The position numbers and the translations under genes are program-made. Shown here in pieces: positions 12,501 to 24,500 of a stretch of DNA of 62,222 nt (positions are counted from its first letter, which is position 1; every line of letters begins with the position of its first letter). Source of the stretch: Phoronis australis (lineage: Eukaryota; Animalia; Phoronida); contig NMRA01001059.1 in assembly GCA_002633005.1 (NCBI GenBank), positions 1-62,222 on the forward strand, written 5' to 3'. A model generated the notes under the pieces. It did no database searches, was not told where the DNA came from, and was given only the letters and a program-made list of their open reading frames with translations.

Positions 12501-15500
12501 TTGACTACTGTGCCCCCTGGTGGCAGTGTTAGTTTTTGGTTACTTGGTTCTTGGTATTCCTTTGATTATCAGTCAAAAAAGTTTTAAAAAATGAAATTTA
12601 GCAATGTATGGTGCAGATCAATGTTCTTCCTTCACTGTGAAAAAGCTTTCTCATAGATATATTTTTGGTGTTTTTGCAATTTTTTCTTGCAAACTACAAT
12701 AGTTCTCGTATCGTCCTGATTTCTTTTCCAATAATCAGCACTCTTTTCTTTCAAACATAGTGGCAATTTATTTTTTATTAGGAGACTACAAAAGATTAAT
12801 CTAAGCACTTTAATCTGACTTTGTGTCTAACATTACAGTTCCATCAATGCCTGCTCATGTTGGCACTATCAGTATCAATGACACAAGTCTACTGGTCACA
12901 TGGTCGCAACCTTTGAACCCCAATGGCATCATCACTGGCTACAGAGTGAACGTATGGACTGAAGAGCAAACATCTATAAACGTGACACAATCAGACCTGC
13001 CCAGCAAGTTGAACAACACTGCATTCCACCACCTGGAACCTTTCACGGTATATTCAATACAGGTAAATTTCATGTCAATATCGTCGTTACTTTTTTTCAA
13101 ATGTTACGAATTGTGTTCAGGGAATTTTAGAGAATGTGAGAAAAAAATGGGACCATAGTAGCAACATTGTGAAAACGGTCTTTGGCTTTTTGTTGATACC
13201 TTCTGCTATTAAAGACAATTTAACTTACCGAAAAAGTTGTGAAAAATGCCACCATTTTCATACCATATACAATCAAAGGTCTAGAGGGAAGTTTGCATGT
13301 AAAATGTCCGAACAGAACTTATAGCCTTTTGAATAGTGCCGAAATATATCTTATGATATCGGCAATGAAATTTTTGTCAATTTTACACAGAGAAGGAATT
13401 TTTATTCCGTAAACTTCTCAAATATGGCAAATGTTGAGAAAGGGATGCGGGCAGATTTTCAATCTTTTTTAATTCCACCGCGTTCAAAAAATAACAAATG
13501 ACCTACCGAGTGACTGCACTTAGTGAATGGTCATTGACATCATCCATTGAATAGCCATTGATAATCTCCATGTATAAGAATAAGGTAACAATGACATTTT
13601 GACTCAGAGTATTTACAAGCTCCATGTTCTCACAGTTATCAATTTTTGTAATGTCTGTTGCATTGATAACGTTTAATTGTTCTTGCAGTTTTGGCAACTA
13701 GTTGTTTTTGTTTTTGTACCCTTCACATCAAAAAGAAATTAAGTGTTACATCTTTCAAAGTCACAAATAGTGAGCCACCTTCAAATTCCAAATTTGTCTT
13801 ACTTCAAAAATTTGGTAATATTAGTTTTCATCAAGAAGAGGCTGCACTTACCCATTTTTGGACTGTTCCGCATGCTTTGTCCCCTTGTTATCTTTAGCTC
13901 CATTTTCAGTTTTTGGTATCCCCCTCTTGTATAAGCAAAGCCCTTTGACTAGTCATGGCAAATGAGTTTCTCATCAGGAGAGTGTGCCTGATGCTAATTA
14001 TTAGATGCATACAACTACCGTAGTGCCTCCTGGNNNNNNNNNNNNNNNNNNNNNNNNNNNNNNNNNNNNNNNNNNNNNNNNNNNNNNNNNNNNNNNNNNN
14101 NNNNNNNNNNNNNNNNNNNNGTTATATTTAGAATATTCCCTATTAGCATTCATAACAGCAGTGTCAGTGACAGTAATGGTGTCATGTTTTTAGATATCCT
14201 GTCGGTTTAAACAGTCTCTCCTAGCAACAGATGGCACTTCAGTCAGTAAACAGTTGGGTGTATCGTTGGTGGGTACCATTAAAGGTCTCCTTAAGGCGTC
14301 ACTCTACGAATGCACAGTGACTGGCAGGACTTCTGCGGGATATGGTGATCCCAGTGATGCTTTGTTGGTGTGGACAGCGCCACCTAGAGCCAGTGGTAAA
14401 CTTTACTTAGTGTGTCACTTCTTTCAATACTTTAGGGAATATCTATGTAAACATTGTGAGTGAGAAGATGTGTTTTACAGGGAACAAAGTTGTCTTGAAA
14501 TTGCAAATTGTGGAAAACTAATACCAGCTCTACCAACTCTGCAGGTGCACTCATAAATATTAGTTGCTTTGCTTGAAAACATGACTAAGGGACATGATTA
14601 ACTGACTTCACCGACTCTCAAACACGGTCCTCAGACCACCATACACGGCTCACTGACTGCCCTACATGTTACCTGGACATGGAATTTTTTAAGTACATAA
14701 ATCGTGTTTTGGGAGTCTGGCATTATGCTTGGTAGTCAGTGTGCTGCAGTTGGTGAGCTGTGTTTGGCAGTTGGTGAGTTGTGTTTGGCAGTGGGTGAGC
14801 TGTGTTTGGCAGTTGGTGAGCTGTGTTTGGCAGTTGGTGAGCTGTGTTTATCGGGTTTGAAATCCGTAGTTAAAGGAGAAGAAGCTAGGGTCCTAAATGT
14901 AGCAGTCTGAACCTATCCTAATAGCTTCAATTTAAAATTTTGCTTTGATTACACGTGACCTTTGGTTGTTTGTTTTGCAGATTTAACTGAACTAGTTAAC
15001 CTACCGTCTGTCAGAACACTGGAGACGGAAGCTACTGATACCACGGTAACAGTGAAGTTGTTGCCAGCGGCAGCACCACCTTCTCTTACTCCAAGGTAAA
15101 CCTAGTGTAGAGTCTACTGTGTCTGGCATGCACTCATTTCACATTATCATACATTATCATACATTATCATACATTATCATACATTATCTGTGGTATTCAT
15201 AGTGGTGTACTTAATTTGACTAAAAAAAGGGGTGCTTTAAGTCGAGTATGTGAGAACATTTATGAAACACAAAAATTAAGCGGTGTACTTTCAGTTGAAT
15301 ACGTCACACAGGTACGGTAAGTATTTAAATTATGCAATCCTTTGAAGTTTACTCATATTATGATTTCTGCAAGGAAAATGGAAAGTAATCTTTGTATCTG
15401 TGTTTGCAGGACAGTTAACTGGAATTAAATTTGAAATTTTCAAGCTGATTGGTCAATTACTGTGTCTTTCTAAATTTATACCATTTAGATATTGTAAAAT

Positions 15501-18500
15501 AAATGGTCGACAATGGTAGTTTACCGTAAACGTTCGGGTTAACGCCCATGCACAGTTAACCGCCCACCCCCTACTTTAGATGGATTTTCGATTTAATTGC
15601 CCACTGCTCGGTTAAGCACCCCCCTGCGATTTTTTAAGATTTCCAGTTAAGCGCCCACCTCTCGGTTAAGTGCTCATCCCCGACTTTTAAAGAATGAAGA
15701 TTTAGCAACCAGTGCTAAGGAAACGTGCGATTCCCCGACTTTTAGAAAAAAGATCGATGATCACAATGAGTGCAACGACGCCGGGCTTCCGAAACGGTAG
15801 TTTAGCAATTTGAATTACAATTCAAGTAACGAGTTATTGCCTTGGGTCATGGACTCACTTCAAAATATAATACTTGAATGTTTTTGTCACTTTATTTTCT
15901 TCCCATGTTTGCAAAGTTTAAGAACGCTGCTGGCGTCAAAACCTCCGCTTTCAGCGACTTTGTCTTCCGCGCTGAGTTTCCGTCTGCAGTGCACTAGATA
16001 AAACATATATTCAAAAAAATCAGGCCAGAGAAATGTGACAATGGTTTTGCCAACCCTCCAAATTCTATTAAGCTCTCGTATTTTGAACAAATCTCACAAC
16101 TCACGGAAAGATGTCAAATTCTCAATATTTTGATGAATGTAAGAGCCGGGTTATATAGGATGTGTGGCGACCTAAGGGACAGTACAAGTGCCTTGCTGGG
16201 TTACCGATTTCGTTGCTGCCTATCGATTTCTGAATTCAAAGGTTGGTAATAATGTATGTTTGTGTATGAGCTTGAGGTAATAAAAAACTGCTAGTCAAAT
16301 TTTGTTTTTCGCTTATTGCATCTCAGTCAAACTGGCGTTAGCAGATTTAACTAATGTCGCTGGCTGTTTTTTACTATTTCTTGCGTCAGCCCCCATGTAA
16401 GCGTGACTGTGTGAATTATCGTTTCCACTTCCCCTTTTTTGCCATCCAGAATAATTTTGTTTGTACATTGGCCAGTTTCAGCCTGAACAAAAATTCTTAC
16501 CATTCGAGTATGAAATATCTACGATGTAGACTGACTGAAAATTGGCGATAGTGGGTAGAAGATGCAAGCAACTAGCTACGGGCTTCGGCTTAGGGAGCAT
16601 CGAGCTGGGAAATATCGGAATAGACTTGACATCGCAGTTTTGCGGAACATTGGCAACGAGGAACATCATAAAGAACTGGGTCTTTTGTAACAACAGCTTA
16701 AAAGTATATAGTCTCACCTGTTTTTATTACTTAGGACTGTCGCTATTCTCTTTGGTGACTTTGTAGTGGTGCACGTGCGCAAGTTCCCACACTTTGGAGT
16801 GCATGTTACCTTGACACCAATGTGATTGACAGGTGACTCACACGTAGGCCCTATGTGCGTGCTGAATCCCGCAGCTATCTTTGGCCATAAAAAACAGATG
16901 CATATCGAAAGAGGCCGTTATATTACTTGACGGCATTTCCAAGTCACGATTGTCAGCCGACTGAGACATTGCACGCTAACAGCGGGACCAAACAGTGCCG
17001 CAGTGCGATATTGCAAGTGATATAAATAGGATAATCTGGACATCTTGCATGAAAATAAATGTTTTTCCATCACGAAGTTTGGCAAGGTGATCGTTTAAAA
17101 ATGAATTGAAACATGGCTGTTTTGTGGTGTTTTATCACATATTTATGACATGGCTCAAAATTTTATTCTTGATTGACGAGTGGCTCATGGCCGCTTAACC
17201 CCAATTCTTGTCTTAGGCCTACTTCTTTGCCAAGCATGTTTGGCGCAACGGCAAGTGAGCAATGCGGGGCGGTCGAGATAAAACAGCTAGCCGCAGAACC
17301 ATACGCTGAAATTGTAATTTAGTCACGGAGTGTAGACTATAAACATCCCAAACACAAAAAACATCTAAATTAAGTTTTTCAAACTTTTATTACAACTAAT
17401 TTTAAAACTGCTCTCTGACTATGAACTTGGCAGCTAGTACGAGACTGCAACCATAAATTTGATGTCTGCTGTGACCTCTTCAACACGTGAAGCTTGCACG
17501 CGTGCACTTTTAAGCAAGGTCACATCTTGAAATAGTTGCAATCCGAGTAGAGGCTACGTGGTCAGTGGTCGTCTGCACTCTGCAGGGCAAAGTAACAAGA
17601 CCGCAGGACGGCACGGGCCTAGTGCTCAGCAATTCTGTAAATTTAATAGTGAATAACTAATCTGAGGGCAAGAGAATCTTTGTTGGGATCATCCGCTGTT
17701 ATGACATTTTTCCCGTCGTGACGATGTGACGATAACGCTCTTTGAAAAGTGCTACGCGTTCCAAGTGCGTATATGGTGTGGGGACTTAGATCACGAGGTA
17801 AGATTAACCGCCCAGGGCGGTTGCCTGTAGTAATAAGTGCCCATGGTCGGTTAATCGCCCACCCTGGATTTCTTGAAATTTCACATTTAAGCGCCCAAGT
17901 CTGGTTAACCGCTCACCCCCGAATTTTTGGGTTTGCCAATTTAACCGCCCATGGCGTTAACCCGAACGTTTACGGTAATATAACAACGACTTCAGTGTGG
18001 GCTGGTACATGTATATTGGTCTCAGTGTGATCTGGTACATGTACATCGGTCTCAGTGTGGACTGGTACATGTAAATTGGTCTCAGTGTGGACTGGTACAT
18101 GTACATTGGTCTCAGTGTGGACTGGTACATGTACATTGGTCTCCGTGTGGACCGGTACATGTACATTAGTTTTAGTGTTGGCTGGTGTATGCACATTATG
18201 TATACTATGTAAGTTGACACCTGTGAGAACCTCGGCATAATCATGTGACTTTGATAAAAAATTTGGAGCCAACATCATGCAATCCAATTAGTTTTTGTGA
18301 CTCATATCAGTTGCTTTCTTAGAAGGAATAAATTTTAACGGTCATACTTTTGATGTTTCAGTCACTATATCCTCGTAGTAGAAACAAAGTCTGTCAGAAG
18401 GAAACGAGACACCAGTCCTTGTCGCTCTCAAGTGAACCCAGCTCTTGTTACTTATGCGGACTCTCAATCACAGGGATTATCTTGTTACGTAGCCGCTTTA

Positions 18501-21500
18501 TTAAACCCCAGTGAGGTATCCTCAGATGGAACCAAGTTTGTCATTGGTGATGGTAAAACATACAATGGGTATGTGAACAAACCACTGGAGAAAGGTGAAA
18601 GTTACGATGTCTACTATGGAGCAACAGTGAATGTGGACGGGGTGTGTGCTTGGATTGTTACTTAATTATTTCTCAATTACTTAAAGGGATTTTGGTGAAA
18701 GTTCACTCAGAGGTATATGGTGGGGATACGCTCGCACCTCATGGACAGTTACTATGGAAGCATGCCATTGACCATTTTAGTTTTGAAAAAGATGTTTCTC
18801 AGTGTTGACTGTGGACAAAGCAGCTTTTCAGAGTTTGAACAAACTTAACACAAAAGTACTATGAATGCAGGCCTGTATACGAGATGCACTTACTACTTTG
18901 ACATTATTGCTCTGCTTGTACTGCATTGGTCAGTTTCATTCCTTTCTTAGATTGGTGGCCATTCACCAGCTATTTGACTTGTTCTCAAGATGTTTGTATT
19001 AGTTCTGTAGTATTATGTCTCACCTTCCACTTCTATTTTCGTAAAAATTTGTTATGCCCACAGACAGTTTTCGTTATTTCCATAAATGTACTGTGTTTTA
19101 TATTGTTCCTGTTTCATTTTATTGCGGTTGCTCTGTACACACCCTGGAGACAGTTTGCATGTTCTCATCTTTAATTTATCATGTTTATTTCAGTCTACAA
19201 GCACAGCTTATCAACATGTTGGTGGAAAGTCCATTCAAGGTAACTATAAGAACATGGATGGACAGTCTCTAGCAGGAGTGTTCCTCTACTCACTATGCTT
19301 TCTGCTTCTTCATATGGAATTTTGTGGATTTTAAACATTTTCAAATCATTCCCCAACAATTGATGACTGATTATTGGAGGAGGGTGCTGATCTGTTCTGT
19401 GTCATGATTGGAGGAGAGTGCTGATCTGTTCTGTGTCATGATTGGAGGAGGGTGCTGATCTGTACTGTGTCATGAATGGAGGAGAGTGTTGATCTGTTCT
19501 GTGTCGTGATTGGAGGAGGGTGTTGATCTGTTCTGTGTTATGATTGGAGGAAGGTGTTGATCTGTTCTGTGTTATGATTGGAGGAGAGTGCTGATCTGTT
19601 TTGTGTATGGAGGGAGTAGTTGATATGGAGGTTGATTGTTTATCATAAGATAATGCGATGGAATAGGTTTTTCATTGCTTTTCGATATGTTGTTCAATTG
19701 GTAAATAACGTCTTGACTCACAAGACACACAATGCTTCTCAGTAAGTGACTAGTGAACTCGATGACATGTGTCTGCAATAGTTTTGCTTTGTTTGGAGCT
19801 CTTCATTTAATGACTTAATTATTGATTCATTGATTGTTTGATTAAATATTCATTTTTGACCTGTTTAATATGGGTATTGAGACTGGGCACTGAATGTTAT
19901 ATACGTACAGGACTGTGTTCCATATAGCCACGACATTATCTTGCACTTCAGGTGAAAAATCTTCACTCATGGAATGGAAATGGTGAATTGTATGCCTTAA
20001 TTCATGAATTTCATCCTCTAATTCTATGCCTTAATTCATGAATTATGTCCACTAATTGAACAGTCCAACTTCACGAATCAATGACTTCGGTGGCCTCCAT
20101 TTAGCTAGGTATATCGAAATGCTAACGAAACACTTGGCTTTCACTTGTCTGATTTTTGTAATGTTATCGCTTTTCTTGCAGGAAACTTGGTCTGTGGAAC
20201 ACCACCTGTTTACCAAGTTTATTGTTCTTTCAGCCAAACAATTCATAGACACTTGTGATATTGGTCTGTGGAACACCACCTTTTTACCAAGAGTATTCTT
20301 TCAGCCAAACAGTTCATAGACACTTGTGCTATTGGTCTGTGGAACACCACCTGTTTACCACATGTCGGGAACACATCCACTACCACAAGAAACTATAGGA
20401 ACACCGCATTTATCCACCTTCACTCTTATCAGGCTTCTATTGTGAGTCAGCATGCATGAACAATTGGCAGATAAGCCACCTATGGAACTGCTTTTGGCTG
20501 AATGGATGACCAGGCCATAAAATGATAATTAGCCAAGACCAGTTAAAGGAGAATGCCACCCGATTTAATTAGTCTTTTTTGCCATCTTAATCGGTCTATA
20601 TCCACATCGCCTCGCATGCGGTCGACCTTACCTTGCCAAGAGGTGTCGCGTTAACCTGTGAGGAAAGTGAGAAACGACGCTAGTGACATCAGTGGTTCAT
20701 ATGCAGAGTGAATGCTGCTATGTTGCGGTGCATCGTTCCTGTTTGTCTGAGCGATGAAGTTGCGAGGAAAGCGGGTATATCGTTTTTTTTTACTTCCTCG
20801 AGAGTCCGAAATGCTTAGGAAGTGGCTCATGGCAGTGAAGAATGAAATGTACGCTGTAAATAGCAAGTATGAGGCCGTGAAACATCTCCATGTCTGTGGC
20901 CTGCAGACGTCGACAGTGCCTGACGAATGCCGGCTTACCAAATAACTCCATACGTTCCGTTGTCTGAGCTTGTTCACGGCGCCTCTCTAGTATTTCTTCA
21001 TCACTGTATTCCTGGTCGAATTGATAGCCTGTAAAACTTAATGATCCACCTGCGAAGTCACGACTGATGAGCTCTAGCTCATCCTAAGTCGGGTTTCCCC
21101 ATTGCCATGTTGGCGTTTATTATTAAGCGTTCTGTTTCAAAATGAATTGTTCTCCCCCTAACCAATACTGAAATAAAGTCTGTCTCATTAGATGCAATTT
21201 GTAATGCCTTTGGAGTGTTCGTGAGTGCAAATGATTTGAGAAGCCAGCAATGAATAAATCACTGCGTTATCGGATTTAGGTGCAATAAAACTAATTGACG
21301 GGACACCGAGGCTGTGTGAGTTCATGCTAATTTAGTGTTTGCTGGCAGAAACTGTTGTGAAACAACTCGATTTCCATCCTACGGCCAGGTGTTAGGGGAA
21401 TCTTTATTTACATTTACATTACTCGAATAATGATTGTCAATGTACAACTTCTGCCCTGACGGTGCTGTGACCAAAGCGGAACCTGAATTCGCGGCCCCCG

Positions 21501-24500
21501 ACGAGTAAGTAGATTTGCAGTCTCGTGGCTAATTCACCATAATAATCAGGTGCACATTACTTTGGCTCACTAGTATAGCATTTTCTTGACTGGAAGTTTA
21601 GTTTCCACTGAACTTTGGCTGGTTTATGTTCGTGATGTCTGATCAGTTTCTGAGCCACTGGCCAGGATAACGAGTCAATCCGGCCGGCCGCGACAGGCCT
21701 GATCGGGCTCCGAGCCATGGGCCAGGTGAACAAGCGTTTTGTGTTTAGAACTCAAAAAATCACAAGTCTAAACAACACTGATATAGGTTCTTCTGTCTGT
21801 ATCTCACGGAAAATACTTCGAAATTATCTCTGAACAGACCCCAAACTCCTGCTATGGACCTTATTGGCCTGCCAAACTTTGTAGGCTACGGTGTGTCCAA
21901 ATATCAATAAATCCATAAGAGCGAAATAAAACAACACGTTTTTATAAGAACTCTGTGTATTTTTAAGGGTTTTGCATCGAAGTTTGATGATTTTTTGGTG
22001 TTAAACAATGACTTCAAGCGATAAGCTGACACCAGTAACCCATGTTGTGAACTGCTGATCAGACTGCGTGTGAAACCGATGACATCATTGGATAATTTCA
22101 ACACCTCCGTCTGCCGTCAGATGTCCGGTAACGCAATCGTATGTGTCGTTATGGAGTAGAACTACTCGATCTAAATTGATACAAATTAGGTTGTTTTTTG
22201 GGTGGCATGCTCCTTTAAATAATGCTGCATGGAATAGTTTATACCTTCATGGCAATTTTGAAAGAGGGGCATATTCTGCTAGCCTTTCGCTAAAAGTGTT
22301 CTAAAACCTTGGTTTACCGACCTCTGATTTTCTGGATTATGCCAACATTAAAATTCAAATTTGCAACATTTTCATTTCCGCCATCATTATGCTATGGAAA
22401 CAAGCAAAAATTGGCAACAATNCTAGTGGGACTCAAGGGGTCTAGCAGTGTGGCCTACTGGGACTCAATGGGTCTAGCAGTGTGGCCTAGTGGGACTTAA
22501 TCCACAACATTGAAGCATACACTTTGCCCATTGGGTCACACTGTTTCATCTAAATGAGATTTTGTGTTTCTATGAAGCTGGAGAGAGGTGACAATGAGTT
22601 TTGTACCGATCCAACCTCTGCTTTGCGCCTTGTTATAGCAGGCAATGAATGATGATGAGTTTTGATCCAATCTGACTACTGCTATGCCCCCTAGTGGCAA
22701 TTTTAGATTTGTTATACACATACCTCTCTATCTTCAGAGTTCATTGATGAATTTCTTGAAATTTGGCAAATAGGTTTCTGTTAAGAAAACAACAATGCCT
22801 TTTTATGCGTCCACATATTTATATGTGGGCGCATTATGCTGTCGTCTCTCTCCGTCTGGCATTAGGCGTCCGCTGTTGTATCTCCAAAACTCTGTGATGC
22901 ATGTTCATAAAATTTTGCGCACATGCTCCTTTCATGAATAAGACAGTATGAGCAAATGCTCAGGGGGATCTGGTTTCAGATGTGCCTCCTAGTGGCAATT
23001 TTAGTTTTTACGTTTACCTCACTGTCTTCTGAGTTTGGTAACGGATTTTTATGAAATTTGGTGTAGGTGTCTATTGGACAGATGATGCCATCTTTGCGTT
23101 TTCAAATGGATTTGACATATTTTTCGCCACCTAGTGGCTATTTTTACGGATTTCTAGTCTGATTATTGCCACGCCCCTCTATAGGTCAAACCACGCTAAG
23201 GATGATTATGACTTATATGTTCCACTGGGAAGAGAAGGGCTGATGATGACTTTCAGATGACTCCAACTACACTGACTTTCTTGTAGTTGTTTTGGTTTTT
23301 TTTTCCATTCATGGCTGTGTCTCCTGAGCTCTCCAAGGAATCTTTGTTAAATTTGGCAAGTGTATTTACATGAAGGTGACAATAGATGATCTCGACTTTC
23401 GGATGGATACAAATACTGTGGTGCACTCTAGTGGCATTTTACTCTATATTTTTGGAGTTCCAGGATGGATTTTTATAGCAAATTAAAGAGACTATGACAT
23501 CTTTTCATTTTCATTGAGATTTGATGTAGTGCATGCCACCTAGTGGCCGTTTTTATTTTCTTGAGTCTGTTATTGCTGTTTGCCTCTCTGTCACACAAAC
23601 CATTCCTTGGACAATTATGAAAAAAGACGTATATGTTCTTACATTTTGGTGTGAGTATTTTAAATATGGCACCACATGGGAAGAAAAGTAATGATTTGCA
23701 TATTTTATAATAATTGTGGATGGCAGTGCATTGATTGAATAAGTTTTGGAGACACGTCAACAGCCACTCCATTCAAATTTCACTGTATTCTTTGGACTAT
23801 TAAGATCACTCTGATGAGTGATGGTTTACACGAGTTGAGTAGCCCCATTGTGTTGCTCAGGCTAGTTCCATAATATAGGTGGTGACCTATCAACAAAGGA
23901 GCATCTGTTGAGTACTCCTATTGTGCTGCTCAAGCAGGTTCCATAACAGATGTGGGGACAAGGAGTATCAATAGCATTATTTCTCTTCTTCTGTCGTAGA
24001 TTTTTATCATTCAAACAATAAAAAATTTCATTTTGCAATGCTGGATTTAATTTTCATAGTCCACAGTGTCTAAAATGTTTGGGAATGAATGTTGCCACCA
24101 ACAGGCAGCAGTTGCTATCATTGACCCATCTCTGTTCCTTAGTACCCAAAAAGGGAAGCTGGTCATAAAAGTGGAGAAACTCTGACAAGTGTCCATTGTA
24201 ATCCCAACTGGTGCATTTATAGTTGTTGGTTGGGAAGTGAAATGTAGCGTCTAATGTGTACAGCATATGGGGATATTCACTTCACTCACTATTTTTGTCA
24301 TTCATTCGGTCAATCTGCTTGGACTTTTAGAACCAGTCTGATGCCTGTTATTCAGGAGTAAAAACTGGTTCTCAAAATGCACCACTGTTGGATGATGCAT
24401 ATAGTAAACTTAATTCACTTTTCGACCAAACTATACAACTTCAACAAATTTACGTCAAAGTATTTTGAAAACTAAGTGCACACAACACTATGACCTAACT

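Noticed and set aside
14005-14033. Possible exon start just before the N-gap
   Set aside because: Weak acceptor, and the phase-0 translation does not resemble the expected FN3 F-G strands.
16400-16520. [16 protein letters not shown] on - strand as a possible THAP start inside the pogo-like element
   Set aside because: Lacks the first Cys and the downstream P, W and C-x2-H residues.
14704-18287. Repetitive peptides (AVGELCL)n and ([10 protein letters not shown])n
   Set aside because: Translations of 21-bp and 30-bp intronic minisatellites with no splice support.
21060-21095. CTGATGA hammerhead-like start within the Kolobok copy
   Set aside because: It forms a simple hairpin with no GAAA or stem III, and is not conserved in copy 1.
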